A DNA stretch of 61,888 nucleotides, filler included, from Sluysia triapertura (GCA_046118255.1; 5 parts of 5 records of this genome joined end to end with filler, not necessarily neighbours in it), one strand, 5' to 3'. Counted from the first letter of the whole stretch, positions 1-13,740 are shown. Numbers and translations: made by a program. The notes: generated from the sequence alone by a model not told the origin.

Positions 1-924
1 ATTTTTTATAATATATAATTTTAAATAAATTTTATAATATTTTTATAAATTTAAAAATTAAAATATTTTTTAAAACACATAAATAAAAATTTAAAAAATA
101 TGTACATTCTTACATAACGATTGTAAGGCTTAACCACATATATACTATGTTTATACTTTTCATCAAACAATTATGATATCTTTAAAAGGGTTCGCCTGTA
201 ATCTTGTGTTTTATATCTCTATGGAAGACACAATTACAGGTTTTTTTGAGTCAATTAGTTATACTCAATGTTCCTTTATTTAATTTACTAGTGCACTCGA
301 GGTTCTCCTTCAGTAAAAGTGTTTTTTACTACTTTGCTACTTTTTAATAAAATAATACTAGTACTTAATGACAAGTAAACAATTCGAAAATTATAAATTC
401 GGGAACTTTAATAATTAATCTTAAAAATAATTAATCAATTATTTCACGTAATAAAACAAAAAGTTTATTTAACTCAATAGTTGTTAAATACTTTTTTAAA
501 ACAATTATTCTCTGTATCAGTATCCAAAAAAGTTTTAAATATAAACTTGCAATTAGGAAACAAACTGAAAAATCAAGGTTTATTATATACTAAAGAAAAT
601 AATTTCAGAATAATAATGATAAAATTAATACGCAAGGTTTATCTTTGTTATATAAAAGTTAGTTTAACGTTGAGCCAGGAGTTTTTCTTGGCTTTTTTTA
701 AAGAAAAACGAGATTTTAAGTAAGATTTTGAGACACTAATAATAAAAAATATCTTACGATTGCTTGGATTTTCGAAAAATTCAATAACATCCTATAGGAA
801 TATCGTCAGTAAAATTGATTTCTGAAATAGCAGCGTCAGTAAAATTTCCCTCATAAAGGCCCACAAAATCACTTTTTCGATGTCCTATTTTAAATAATGA
901 CTTATAAACTATTAAATAACTTTA

Positions 925-1326
925 GGACCTTAATACAAATTAAATTAAAATTAAGTCTAAAAATAGATTATTTAATTAAGGAAAAATAACTTTTGCGGAA
1001 TGTTACATTAAATTTGAAAAAGACATATCGATGAGATATGGTTTGACTAAGTTCATGCAAGAAAAGCCTTAAATTGAGCAAAGTCATGTTTTAATTAATT
1101 CTTAATTATGGAATGTTGCATTTTTTATACTTAGAATGATGCATATATAATGAATTGAATATGAAATGATTGTTATGAGAGAGAGAAATCTAGAAGTGAT
1201 TTTGAAATGTTTGTAGAATGGTTTGTTTGAGAGTAAGAACCTTAAATATTTTCATTAAAAATTGGGTGTGAAATATTGAAAATCAATTAAATTCTAAAAA
1301 GTACAATTAAATTCATTATTTTTATG
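925..1326 (+). repeat. ~400-bp dispersed repeat, copy 1 (others at 24100-24516 + and 40760-41195 -)
   Basis: Shared blocks such as ctagaagtga.tttgaaatgtttgt..a.tggttt and gag..taagaa.cttaaa.atttt align by eye across the three copies. Confidence 0.85.
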
Positions 1327-2284
1327 TATGTTAACAATAATAATGATTGTTATTTTAATGCGAGAAATAATTTAAGCAAAAATAGATTGAGTAGAATGTG
1401 GTGATATGAAATAATTTGTGTTATTTAAAAGTTTTAATTTTAACATATTACTAAGAGAATTTAATTTTATAAATTGCAAGAACAAAGATTCTTTAACATT
1501 TTTATTTAAATTTAATAGAAATTTAGTAACATTAAAAAACGCGAAAATATTAACAAAATTTTTATTATGATTAACAAAAAAATAGGTGTTTAATTTTAAA
1601 GTTCTTTTTTTGATTACGCTAACCCGAGCTTGTTTTTGATTCACTACGTAGAAGATGTTTTGAGTCATGATGATTGTTGTTATCGGATGACTTTGTGTCC
1701 AATATGGTTAGTTAAGTTCGAAGTCCAAGAGAAGTTTCCGTGAATTCAGCTACATTGTGTACATACCTACAGTTGCTTCCATACCTTTTCCATACATTTT
1801 CCATCTTGAGTAGTTGCATATAGACACAAGCCAGACTTCATGAGTCGTTATTTGTCGTCCAAGTCTGGTCGGATTAATGGCATTACGTTAGCATCAAATT
1901 GATTGATATTCTCTTTTAGAGAATATTCATGCTTTATCTCTGGTAGTCCTAATAATTTCAAAGGTTCGTGTGGACACATTTGTAATCGATTATGTTGAAT
2001 TCATTTTTTAATTTGACATATTTTGAAATTATCTAGTATAAATTCGAATGTAGGTTTTGTATAAATTTTATCCATTAAATAATACGTAACGAATAAGTCA
2101 TTATTACTAAACTTAATTCGTTGGTGGATACTTTGTAACCACTTTTCATTATAATCACTTTGTCTTATTTGAGGATCATCTTTTTGATAATTTACATCAA
2201 ACTCACGAAAAATTTTTTCTTAATTTCAAATAACACAATATAAAAATATAAATTTAGTTGAAACTTTAAATTGTATATATGACA

Positions 2285-2752
2285 TTAATGTTCATCTACA
2301 ATCACTTTGCTTACTTTCGCGCAATTACGTTCACTACTAATATTCTTCAGAACATTCTCAAATAAAATTTCTTCAACCTGTAAATCGGATTGTTCCAGAC
2401 TTGTTTCAAAATATCTAAAATAAGGTAAAATGCTTAAGTAATCTTCTTGGATTCGATTAACAATGTTTCCAACAACGCGAATAATATTATTTTGTAAAGC
2501 TTTAGTGTCACCATATTGTATATACATAAAATCATCTTCATCTAGAACTAATGAATTAATTCTTAAATCGCATCTTTCGACATCTTTTTTCCTTTTTATT
2601 GTAACTTGAACTTGTACTTTGTCGACATCAATTGTAGCATAACATCGTAGAATAGTTATTCCAACATTTCCTTTATCCTTAATACCTGCATTTGTTGATT
2701 CTGAAAGAGCTTCTAATCTAAGCTTGATATCTTCGTTATCATAAATTACCAA
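2285..2752 (-). pseudogene. 155-aa ORF within a decayed minus-strand coding region (~1370-2880) of unknown family
   Basis: Protein-like composition; flanking frames carry stops; weak resemblance to minus-strand translations near 27690-27860. Confidence 0.35.
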
Positions 2753-4068
2753 TTGACTAACTAAATTAAATTCGTTGAATATTTTTGTAATTTTTGAAAC
2801 ATCAAATCTTTAAAGTCAGTTTTCTTTTTCTGCTTTTTTACTATTAGAATATCCATTTTTTTAATATTTCCATTTCTATTTCTTAACATATTTAGAAATC
2901 AATTTCCTCAGCTTAAGGTCGTGGTAGTTAAATGTTAGAGTTTTGTAATAATAATAAGAGTTATGTTATAATTACTGTGAAGTATTTTTGATAACACAGG
3001 TGTAATTTTGATTTTAATGCTACATGATAAGGAATTAATTATTTTGAAGGTGTAATTGAGATTCTGAAGTTGTGAAATGATGAATGAATTGATTTAACTG
3101 GATTTTAATATGTATTAATGGTCTGAATTTGAATGTAATTTTAATGTTGTAAGATATGAACTGGAAGTGTTTTATATGAATTTTTAAATATAATTTGACG
3201 TTTTTAAAAGAAAGTAAGGTTTGAATGTAGAAGATTGGAACTTGAAAATGTATTGAATTAGTTTTAAATGCAGATAGTTTAAGATCTAAATTGTGGTTCT
3301 AATGTTGTGAGATTATGAGTTAAAATGTGTATTAATGATTTTGGATGTAATTATGGTTTTGATGTAAGATTGTGACTTTAAAATGTTTTGAAATGTAAAA
3401 AGGTTTTAATATGTCTGAGAAAGTTGTAAGATGTAAGAAAATGTGATATTTTGTATGAATTATTAGTTTAAATTCCAAGTGAAAGGTTGGCTATCACATA
3501 CACTAAAGGAAAATAATTGATAGTAATAATAATGACTGTCAAAGTTATTATTGTCGGATTAATTCTTAAAGAATGTTGCAATGATTTGTGTGAGAGAATA
3601 TTTAATCAAATATTTGGGAATGATTAGGTGATGAGAAAATAAAAAGGAATACCAAAAAATTTTGCTTCATGACAACACAACAATAAGAACAATTAGTAAT
3701 GCAAATGAGAAGATTCATACTTAAGTTGTTGGGAACTAGACATTTTCACATCAAAATTACAAGCACACTTTATCACATATGAACGTTTCTTACATAAACA
3801 AAACACTAAATAAATTACTTGAGTCATTCAAAAAACAAACATAGTCATTGTACATAATTATCATTAGTTATATTTATTGTTATCATAACCTCTATCACAA
3901 TAATAACTTTCATGGTGATCTCATATCATCGTAACTCCATCAACATTATCACGTTATTTTATGTAACAATTCAATTTAAACTTTATTTTTATAATTTTTG
4001 TCATTTTAATTTTTATTATTGTCAAAATTACTCTATCTTACTTTTTGTTTGAATGCATGACTATAAGC

Positions 4069-4072
<4 letters not shown>

Positions 4073-4107
<35 letters not shown>
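4073..4107. repeat. (TA)n microsatellite (also 6500-6533 and 12580-12622)
   Basis: Direct reading. Confidence 0.95.
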
Positions 4108-4111
<4 letters not shown>

Positions 4112-6407
4112 TTTCTGCATGCACGTTCATTCTTTTTCACCCTTATTTTTATATTTTACTACTTTATGTATGTTCAAAACGAATAATCAAACTCAAATTA
4201 GATTTTATATTGGTATTACTCAAACAAATGTTAAAAAATTTTATAATTTAATCAGGAATTAGATTCAAATATAAAATATAATTTGGGTTCAGCATCTCCA
4301 ATTATTTGTAATAATAACGCTAATATGTACTAGATTCTAATAATGAAAAATTATTAGACTAAAGACCATTTTTGTGATAAAATTCAACATTGTGCTTTGA
4401 AGCTATTAATCAAAAGTATATAAATACAAGTATATAAAAACATTGTTGTAAAATGTTGGAAATAAGTACTTTCTCCAAAAAATTCTGGTGAAAGTAAAAT
4501 AATAGATAAAAATACTGAGATCAGAAACATAAAAAAATTTTATTTATGTAGAATGATAACACGATTTATTACTACTAATACTAATACTTCTATTGTTATT
4601 GTTGTTAATGTCCCATGTTTTTCATCCACCGGACCCGGAAATAAAATAAAGTAAATATAATAGATTAATATTAATTTATTGCCTAAGAGATATAATTAAA
4701 AAATCAAAAATTACCTAGAAATATTTAAAAGTACCTCTTGCTACAATTTCATAAAATTGTCAGTCATGGTCACCAATTAAACGACGTCATTCTAGTTGTG
4801 CTAATAGTACTCGGGAACCTAAAGTAAAAAGGTCTCGTTCTCATGATGCTAGAATAGAACACGATGGAATATTAAAAAAGAAATTAAAGCATGATACTAC
4901 TACTCTATTGAAAAGTATAGCTCAGAAAATATACTATCTACAATTTATGAATGTCTAGTTCAAGGTGTGAACATAATTGTTTATGTTTTATAGTATATCT
5001 TTCTTAGTTTATCTAGTTTTTAATATTAATAAGTGATCCATTTTTTCGTTTAATATTTGTTAAATTTGTTAAATTTAAAATTTTTAAAATCTTTTTTAAA
5101 AAACTTAAAAAATAAAACTTTCTTAACAATTTACTATAAATCTATGTTTAATTTTATAATATCAATAACGCCCTCACAAAAAAATAATTTTTGAATTTAT
5201 TTTATAATTTAAAATAATATTATTTTTTGGGGAATTTTATAAAAATAGTTTTTTTGTGCTGTTTATAGAGATTCATATTTGATTATTATTAGGGAATAAG
5301 CGTCAATAATAGTTAATATTTATCTTAGTGTTCAGTCATCTCTGGTTTCTTTTGGATAGATTGTTGTATCCTTAATATTATTATAAACATTATTGTTAAT
5401 TGTGTGATTTAGTCATTTTTATTATTGTTAAAGCGGAAATTTATATCAATTTTTATTTGTAATTATTAAATTATTGAGTTGTTATTAATTTGATTTAAAA
5501 AGGAAAAATTTGGGTTGAATAAATATCGTTATTAAGATAAGAAAATTGTTGATGTTTTGCATTTGATTTAGTAATTATTGGAATTGTTGAGATTCATTTA
5601 AGTAAATTAAACTGATATTTATTTATTGTTACTATTAATTTCAAAGGCGCAACAGTTAAAATCATTATTTTCAAATCCTATTTAATACAGGATCATAAAA
5701 ACTATCTTATTTAAACCTCATTGACAAGAGAATATATAATATATAATGAGTTTGTAAACGTATTCCCAATAAACATTAAATTGTGTATCAAGCCTAAACT
5801 GCTTATAAAGGTTTCGAAGTTTTAGCACATCACACGCTAAGGAAAAGTATTTGTAGATAAACGTCCAAATTCTTTTATTTATACAAATCTCGGATCACGG
5901 GAAATTCACTAATTTTATCATTAGCTATTTATGATTGACTCTTTAAAGAAATCGCATCACTCAAGTATTTAACGTTTATAGACTTTATTCACAAAATGAA
6001 AGTATTAAGTATAACAGTATTTCTAAAAATTATACAAATTCATAGATAACACAATATAACAAAGATACAATCAATTATAGTATATATATTAGTTTATAAC
6101 ATTGGTCAATACTAATATTAGTCACATTTAATTTTATAAGTGTATTTATTCGTAGTTTACCAAAATGTATGGATGTTTAGCTATTTTAGGCGTGCTTAAG
6201 CAACAAAAAAATCCTATTACTTACAATTTTAATAAAAAATAGAAATATTTTCCATTTCCTATGATATGGTTAAACCAAATATCAAGTACAAATGCGATTA
6301 TAGGAAATCCAAATTGTGTGACCAATATTATTATTAGTTAATATTATTATTTGTTATATTATTATTAATTAATATTATTTGTTTATATTTTATCTTATCA
6401 TTCTAAG

Positions 6408-6491
6408 TTGTAGCCCTGACTCGGTGTATACATTAGGAGTAGTGGAAAAGAAAATCTTGTTTTGGAATATTGATACATCCACACATGAAAA
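6408..6491 (+). CDS. Possible isolated exon encoding one WD40-like blade (CSPDSVYTLGVVEKKILFWNIDT)
   Basis: ttctaag| acceptor, |gtatga donor; SPD...I.FWNI pattern typical of WD40 repeats; no partner exons identified. Confidence 0.35.
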
Positions 6492-6495
6492 GTAT

Positions 6496-6538
<43 letters not shown>

Positions 6539-6715
6539 AGGCTTATACCCTTATTTTCACTTTTCGAAAATAATAATGATTTTGTGTAAGGTACCCGATA
6601 AATGTATTATCAAATCTCAAACTATTAATGTTAATAAAAAATTTTTTGCCCTTTAGTAAATTTCTTGTGGATCATTGAGCCTAGCGGTATCACCTTAAAT
6701 GAAAACACACTTTAA

Positions 6716-7678
6716 CACTAAATGTACCACGACCGGTCAAATAACCGTTTTTAGTTTTTACAGTTTCTTACAGTTTTATAACATGCCTTTCATTTTATAT
6801 AAAGGTAAATTTTTGATTATAAATTTTTGTGTTTCATTTTATTTATTATTTTATTTTGAATTTTATATATTTTATCACTCATTTTATTTTAAATTTCATA
6901 TTAAATGTAAAAGAATTAAGTTTAATTATATATTTTTTTATTGTTTAAATAATCTAATGGAATTATTTCAAAAGAAAACAAATATGGCGGCTAAAAATCT
7001 TGTATATAAATACTAGATTTTTAGCAGCTATATTTATTAGTACAACAAGAAAAAAAATGTTTAATTCAAACTCGAAAAGACACTTAAGTTACTTTACTTT
7101 ATTGTAGGTTTGCAATTTTCACCGTAACTGGGAGAATTTAAAATATTACTTAAAATATAATTTTATTTTTATTTTAGACCTTGATTAGGCTAAGTTAATT
7201 TGTAACGATAAAATTACAATCTACTAAGCGGTAAAATCATTGTATAGTCATTATTATATTTGTTTATAAATTTGAATACTTCTGATAATATACATTAAGA
7301 TTTCATTTTTCTTCGTATAGATAAAATCATTGTTTTCTTGCTAGACCGTAAAAAGATAACTCAACTTTTAAAATACATAATTATTTTGTTAGACCGTAAA
7401 AGGCTAACTTAAAATATAATTTTAATTTAAATATATTTGACATAAATAAATACTACATTACCGACCTTAAAAGTTTCATAAACTGCTACCTGACTATTCT
7501 TACGCGACTAGATTGAAAATCCTAATAGACCGTCTTCGTTCAGATTTAAGTCGTATATATTAGGCAAACTAACCTCCAGAATCTTTTCGAAAGCACAAGT
7601 TAAGTCTTTTTTAAGTCAAAACACTTTCACTGTCAAATGACCGGTGATGGTATGAATACATCAAACTTTGGTTTAGTG
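6716..7678. mobile_element. Non-autonomous TIR element, probably piggyBac-type, with CACTAAA ends
   Basis: Left TTAA|CACTAAAtgtaccacgaccggtcaaa; right tgtcaaatgaccggtgatggta...TTTAGTG|TTTA (imperfect inverted match); internal 26-bp stem hairpin at 6981-7035; no transposase. Confidence 0.6.
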
Positions 7679-7782
7679 TTTACAAAGGAAACCATTTCAT
7701 CAAACTATAATTACTCTAGTTTACGACATAATTTATTATTCGTTAGTTTATAAATTATAAGTTGTACCTATTAAGATATGTA

Positions 7783-9325
7783 CAGTGGGCAACTGATATA
7801 TAACAACATTAGTTTTTTAATGCAATTCATTTAATACTTGTTGAATAATTATAAAAAATAGGATAATTTATTAATGATTAAACCCTTTAATTTGATTGTG
7901 ACAAAAATATCACATAAACGACATTTAATTTCAAAAAAGTAATTTTAAGGTATGACAGAAATATAACACTTAGTTTAATAATTAATTATTTTTAAAATTA
8001 AAAAATTTAATACCCAATACAGTCAGCATTCTTCTTTAAGACTTCAATAAGTCTTTTAGGCATTGAGCTAACTAGATTTTTCATCTCCTCGAGACTGATT
8101 CCTTCCCAAGCAGAATGAATGGCTGATTTCAAATCCTTTACATAGTCAAATTGGTGTCCATTCCGGCAAACCTTCCTAACGAGTAAACCCCAGATATTCT
8201 GAATGAGGTTTAAGTCAGGGCTACAAGATGGTCAACTCAAAACCCCAATTTAGTTATCTTCAAACCATTTAGTTGTTTCCGCAGAGCAATACATTGAAAT
8301 AGATTGAGCAATAGATTGTTGGAAGATCCAGTTTCGGCCTCCAATTTGACCTGCGACGGGGATGAGGAAGTCATTGAGATTTTGAATATACTTCTGTGAG
8401 TTTTGTTTACCTTCTAAGAACACAATTTCTGTCTTGCCATTCCAACCAAAGACTGACCAAACCATCACCGAACCACCTCCGAACCCACGTTTTTTGAATT
8501 ACTCCGGACTCTTCTTCATGTCATGCCAGTAAAACTGGTATCCATCGAGGCCATCAAGATTAAAGTTTTCTCGTCACTGAATATAATTTGATGTCGTTTT
8601 AAAATCCATAATATGTATAATTGTGCCAAAGTGACTGGTGCCGACTTGGCTTCCCCTTCTCATATCTTAAGTGTTGGCAGTTGCCTACAACAATTTGAAC
8701 AGTTCTTATTGAACAAGGAAGCTGATGGACCAATTTAATCTGTTTTGGAGACATTTTTGTAAGGGACGTCACGAAAACTGCTCCTTTTGTTTCTCGATAT
8801 CAACTTTGGTTTCCGTCTTTATCCTATTTTCTTGCCATAATCTTCGGGATCTTGAAGAAATCGACTGATTGTGCTTGCATTTCTGTTAAAGCGAAGTCCA
8901 ACTTCTCTTATTCCCAAATTTTTATCTCTATAGGCCAAAATTTGTCTAATTTCAATAAGCAATAATTGTTTCCCTTTGGCATCTTAAAATAATTTTATGT
9001 CAAAATTTTTAATTAAATATATAACAACTAACAAAAAATTATTTAAATAGAAAATATTAAATAAAATTAATTACCTTTGATTGACAAAAATTGACTAATT
9101 AATTAATGTATTAAACTTTAGAATGGTGTTGTTATAATTTTGTCACACGTAAAAATCACATTTATTTTTTAATTTAGTATGGCGCAGTAATTAGGCATTT
9201 ATTTTAGTAATATTGTACTTGTTTTCATATATATGTTTCTAATAATGACATCAGAAATAAATATCACTAATAATTAATTAAAATAAAACAAAAAACTGCC
9301 GTTGTTATATATCTGATGTCCACTG
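7783..9325 (-). mobile_element. Full-length decayed Tc1/mariner element, Tc3-like
   Basis: TIRs CAGTGGGCAACTGATATATAACAAC / revcomp CAGTGGACATCAGATATATAACAAC, TA on both sides (7781-2, 9326-7); inner repeat copies near 7896 and 9126-9149. Confidence 0.95.
8007..8982 (-). pseudogene. Tc3-like DDE transposase with stops and frameshifts
   Basis: MPKGKQL...ISRFLQDPEDYG HTH start; FSDE..FNLDG.DG; GGGSVMVW; WIFQQ; PSCSPDLNLIQNIW; SMPKRL. Confidence 0.93.
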
Positions 9326-10137
9326 TATAAATTAGACTTAAACTTATAATTTGTGGCAAATATTTACGCTAATAAAGTCATCCAAAAATTTCTAAATCAA
9401 TATTAAGTTAAAACTCATTATTTAATTGTCTGTACATTTTCTTTTTATTTTATTTTTTCCTAAGTGATAAGAAACTTCATAATAAAACTTGGTGTGATCT
9501 ATTGTGGTTGATTTAATGCATTTAAAAACAAAAGTTAGTAGTTTCATTTGCGCTTATACAAAATACTTAATGTATATTTCATTTATTTACTCAAAATAAA
9601 TTTTCAGACCCTCACGTAGCTATTCGCCGATATTTGTGTTATTTAAAAGAAAAGCCTATTGACCCTTAACAGTTTTAAAGCACTCAGCTTTCATTGTAAT
9701 AATGGGATTTTTGAAGCCAATACAAGTTAAGATTATGGATCTTCAAATATTTGTTTATATAATGTAATAAAAATCCTATTGGGTCAGGAGCCACCAACTA
9801 TAGGCAAAGTAAATAAAAATTTATTTTTCGCAGTTAAGATATATAAACTAGTGAAAAACACTCACATTACATGATAATTACACCAAGAAAGACTTAAATT
9901 AGATCTGGAAAATTAATTATTAATTGGTAAAATAAAAACATTAGTACTTTTTCTCTAAAAACTTTAATTTGAATATTTTACAAATAAATAAAAAACTATT
10001 GTGATAAATGATTAGCATTTTTGTAAATAGTACATTACAGAATGACTGGAAATAAATTTTGAACGTAATATATATAATTTGTAGAACACACATGATCTAC
10101 GAAAATCAGAAATTTTACAAAATGAGTATATAAATAT

Positions 10138-11475
10138 TTAAATATTCTTTATTGTAATTATATCGTTAGGCTTCAAATTTAATGTATAAGGAGTATCAGT
10201 TTCGTGAATCAATTCTGAATTAGGTGTTCTAAATTCTAATTGTGATACTAAAGGAACACCCATTCGAGCACAAAAAGTTTTCATTGCCTGACTCATTTTA
10301 GTTAAATATCTAGTTTTAAAACGTAGCTTTTTCCCCGTCGTTTCACACTGAAAATAAAGATTTATATGACAATTCTTAACTTTAGCGATTGATTCATCAA
10401 AATGATCTGTATCTAAGCAAACGAGGTATTCATTATTTAAATTGTACTCGACAATATTACTAGAGACATTTTTCGGTTTTACTTTAGACTCAACTATTAC
10501 TTTTTTATTATATTGCGACATAAAATTTTGATGTTCGATAGAATCAATACTAGCTTTTCTATGACACATAAGAAGCTCATTATCAATATTAGATTTTAAA
10601 TTTTGAATCGTCATCTTTGGTGCTGCAGGTATATCACCTTGAATATCATTACAATATTTTGATATACTTTCATTATCACTTATATCTTTAAGTTTATTAA
10701 ATTCGATCAATCTTTCTTTTTCATAATTATCTATTACAAGTTTATTGTACAATTTAGTATTCTGATTCAAATTTTCATTAATATTAATAAATGTATCTTT
10801 ACTATGCATGTTCTCTGAAACTGAATTACTTTTACAGTTAAGTATTGCCATATCATTAGCTTCCACGTTAATAACTTCATTACTTCTTGTAAATTTATTT
10901 CTTTTGATATCATAAGAAACCTCAGTTACTTGATAATTATCTACTTTTAAATCACACTCTTTTTTATTGGAAGCGTTTGAATTTTGTTTAAATAATTCAT
11001 TATTTTTATCATTTTCAAGTGAAGAGTTTTTATCATGTGATGATGTGTTTAATTTTTCATTATAAATAAGTAATGGATGTGGCAAAACTCGATGAAATTG
11101 TTGATCATAATTATTCAAAATTGGGTTTGCTATTTCTGTGATTTTTTTCATCATTAATGTTTTATTAATTCTCTCAAGGAAAGCTTGCTCATCATTTGTT
11201 GATTTTTTAAGTTTTGAAAATTTATTTGAATTATTAGAATTTTGTATGAGATTACTGGAAAATCCTTTATTTGGAACTAATTTAAAAGAATGATTTCGAA
11301 ATGATTTAAATGTGCTTATTTTATTTCTAGGAATCAGTTGTAAATCTTGATATGTGCTCTCTGAACAATATAAAGGTATATTCTTATTACCAATTAAATG
11401 TAATCCAGTATTTTCAGAAAAATTTTTTGAATTTTCCATATTTACACAATTGAAATCTCGAAATACATTATGCAT
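10138..11475 (-). CDS. Protein with long Asn/Lys/Ser-rich region and C-terminal SUMO-like domain (Rad60/Esc2/NIP45 SLD type); possibly a terminal exon
   Basis: Uninterrupted 445 codons in AT-rich DNA; C-term HINLYFQCETTGKKLRFK...KMSQAMKTFCARMGVP...LEF...IHETDTPYTLNLKPNDIITI matches the SUMO pattern; no terminal GG; frame stays open upstream of the ATG to ~11506. Confidence 0.8.
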   Translation of the reverse strand: MHNVFRDFNCVNMENSKNFSENTGLHLIGNKNIPLYCSESTYQDLQLIPRNKISTFKSFRNHSFKLVPNKGFSSNLIQNSNNSNKFSKLKKSTNDEQAFLERINKTLMMKKITEIANPILNNYDQQFHRVLPHPLLIYNEKLNTSSHDKNSSLENDKNNELFKQNSNASNKKECDLKVDNYQVTEVSYDIKRNKFTRSNEVINVEANDMAILNCKSNSVSENMHSKDTFININENLNQNTKLYNKLVIDNYEKERLIEFNKLKDISDNESISKYCNDIQGDIPAAPKMTIQNLKSNIDNELLMCHRKASIDSIEHQNFMSQYNKKVIVESKVKPKNVSSNIVEYNLNNEYLVCLDTDHFDESIAKVKNCHINLYFQCETTGKKLRFKTRYLTKMSQAMKTFCARMGVPLVSQLEFRTPNSELIHETDTPYTLNLKPNDIITIKNI

Positions 11476-12454
11476 CTCAGTGTAACTATCTTTATAATAT
11501 TCTTCGCTTTTATATAAATAAAAATGATTTTATTTATGAATACAATATAAATAAATCAATTTTATATAATTAAGGTAGGTTAAAATAATAAAATTCTAAT
11601 TACCATAATTTTTAAGAATCCTCAAAAACTAGGAAACTTAGGATTTTCAGACGGATTTTTCTACAGAATAAGAAATTTATTCAATTTGATTTAGTTTCTT
11701 TTGTTAAATTAGCATCATTTTTTAAGGTTTGTGTTAAATCTTTGGGCTATGCACACTTTGATGCGGTATAGTAAGATTAAAATTTTCATGGTAAATATAT
11801 CCTTGTTATCTGACGTTGAGTAACTTTCGCTATATGTAAAAATAATAAAAGTGAATGTGTATGCTTGAAATAAAGTTTAATATGTAATGTACATAAAAAT
11901 ATTGCTGGCTATGTATGGAAAGTTTTTACTTGAAATATAAGTGCATGATATTATGCGTTTTAAAGCTTAATTTTTCTACAAAAGCGTTATTGAAGTCAAT
12001 AATTTCGCTGCTGCAAAATCTTAACTCCAACTTATGCTTTTGTAAAATATGGATATGCAACTATAAACTGAATTTGAAATCAATAATTAAGAAAGAATCA
12101 ATAATTGAAGACAAAGTGTTTAAAAGTAAGTATTTCAGGATCAATGAAGAAATTCATTTTATAATTTTCAATAATAAAAATAACCACAATGCTAAAATAA
12201 ATTATAAAAATTGAAAGGTTTTATATAGATTCACAAATAAATGTGGAAGAAAATTTTATTTGTGTTGTATAAAGAGAATATCAAATATTCGAAAATTCAT
12301 TAATAAATATATGTAAAAACTATTTGTGCATTCATTGATTTTAATAATAGCTTATTAAACAATATTCTGTACAAAAAGTGCGAAAGTTTCAATTAAAATC
12401 ATGATTCCATATTATTCCAGTTACCAGTAACGGCAAGAAAAGAATTCAAAATCA

Positions 12455-12554
12455 NNNNNNNNNNNNNNNNNNNNNNNNNNNNNNNNNNNNNNNNNNNNTT
12501 AATTAATTAANNNNNNNNNNNNNNNNNNNNNNNNNNNNNNNNNNNNNNNNNNNN
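12455..12554. other. Assembly linker N44-TTAATTAATTAA-N44 (also 23564-23663, 37505-37604, 48956-49055)
   Basis: Identical 100-nt spacer four times, with stops in all six frames. Confidence 0.98.
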
Positions 12555-12583
12555 CAGAGAGTATATATATCTTTGTGCGTATA

Positions 12584-12623
<40 letters not shown>

Positions 12624-13740
12624 AGAATTAATTACAGTTTCTTTCCGATGTCACTCGTGCATAAGTATTATTTTCTTGTTATATTAGTTATTCAATAATG
12701 CAGCTATAAAATAGACTACCTTTGGTTTACGATTTTAATGTTTTGCATCAATATTATTCTTATATTATTAGAATTTGAGGTATCAATTACTTGTATTAAT
12801 GTATTAACCCATTAAATAATGAGGCAAAGCTACAAAATATATTAACATTTTACAAAAATTCCAAATACATTAATATTTTATGAAGCAACTAACATTCGCA
12901 AAACATTTCTACAGACATTAATGATTCAAACAAAGTAATATTAAATAAATCATGGACTAATAAACAAAACTTTATTGTCTATATTAAAATTACAAAATTC
13001 CCATTTTATAATTATCTTTAACAATGTAAGTTTTAATTAGTAAATATTGTCATATATTAATAAAAGTAAATGAAATTTTAAAAAATAAACAAAAATTGAA
13101 AAAGAAAACTGAAAATTTCAAATTGTCTGCCAAATCAAAATTTTGAATAAGCAATGTCCGTAACATTGGAAGAACAGAAAAATAATAAAATGAAATTTTC
13201 TTTTTATTACATATTGGATTCTATATTTCTATACAAATTTAGTTTGTTTTATCTTAGATTTTATTGTTTCATATTTTTAATTAAACTTTGTTTATTTTTT
13301 ATGTTATCATTTATTAGTTTTACTCAAGATTACATAAGAAAATTGTATAATGCAAATCTTTTACAAATTATATACAAATCAAATAAAAAGTTTGAAACAA
13401 CTTATGCACTATTTTAAAACTTTACTAAACCCCTTAACGTCCACATTCCAGTTGATTTTAGAGAGGTCGTTATTGTAAATATAAATTATGTATATTGTTT
13501 TTGAATAAATATTGAGTACTGTGCCGAAAATAATAAACCAAGATTTTAATTAATTTATTATTGTTTGAAATAAAATTGATAAATTTTACAATATTAATAC
13601 AAATTTTAAGAAAAGTTTTATTATTCACTGCAAAATGGAATAAATAAACATATATTAAATGTATTAATTGAAATATTATATTCTAACACCCAAAGGGATG
13701 TATCTCAAGCTAAGATAGTAGATTTTAAAACACATAAAAC

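Noticed and set aside
4045-4262. ORFs with YIYIYI runs (also the tail of 6379-6573)
   Set aside because: Products of (TA)n microsatellites.
6716-7678. CACTA-superfamily assignment from the CACTA termini
   Set aside because: No 3-bp TSD; TTAA/TTTA flanks fit piggyBac better.
12499-12510. TTAATTAATTAA palindrome repeated four times between N runs
   Set aside because: Artificial contig linker, not biological; it also means cross-gap gene neighbourhoods (e.g. SUMO-like gene next to the Gypsy) carry no weight.
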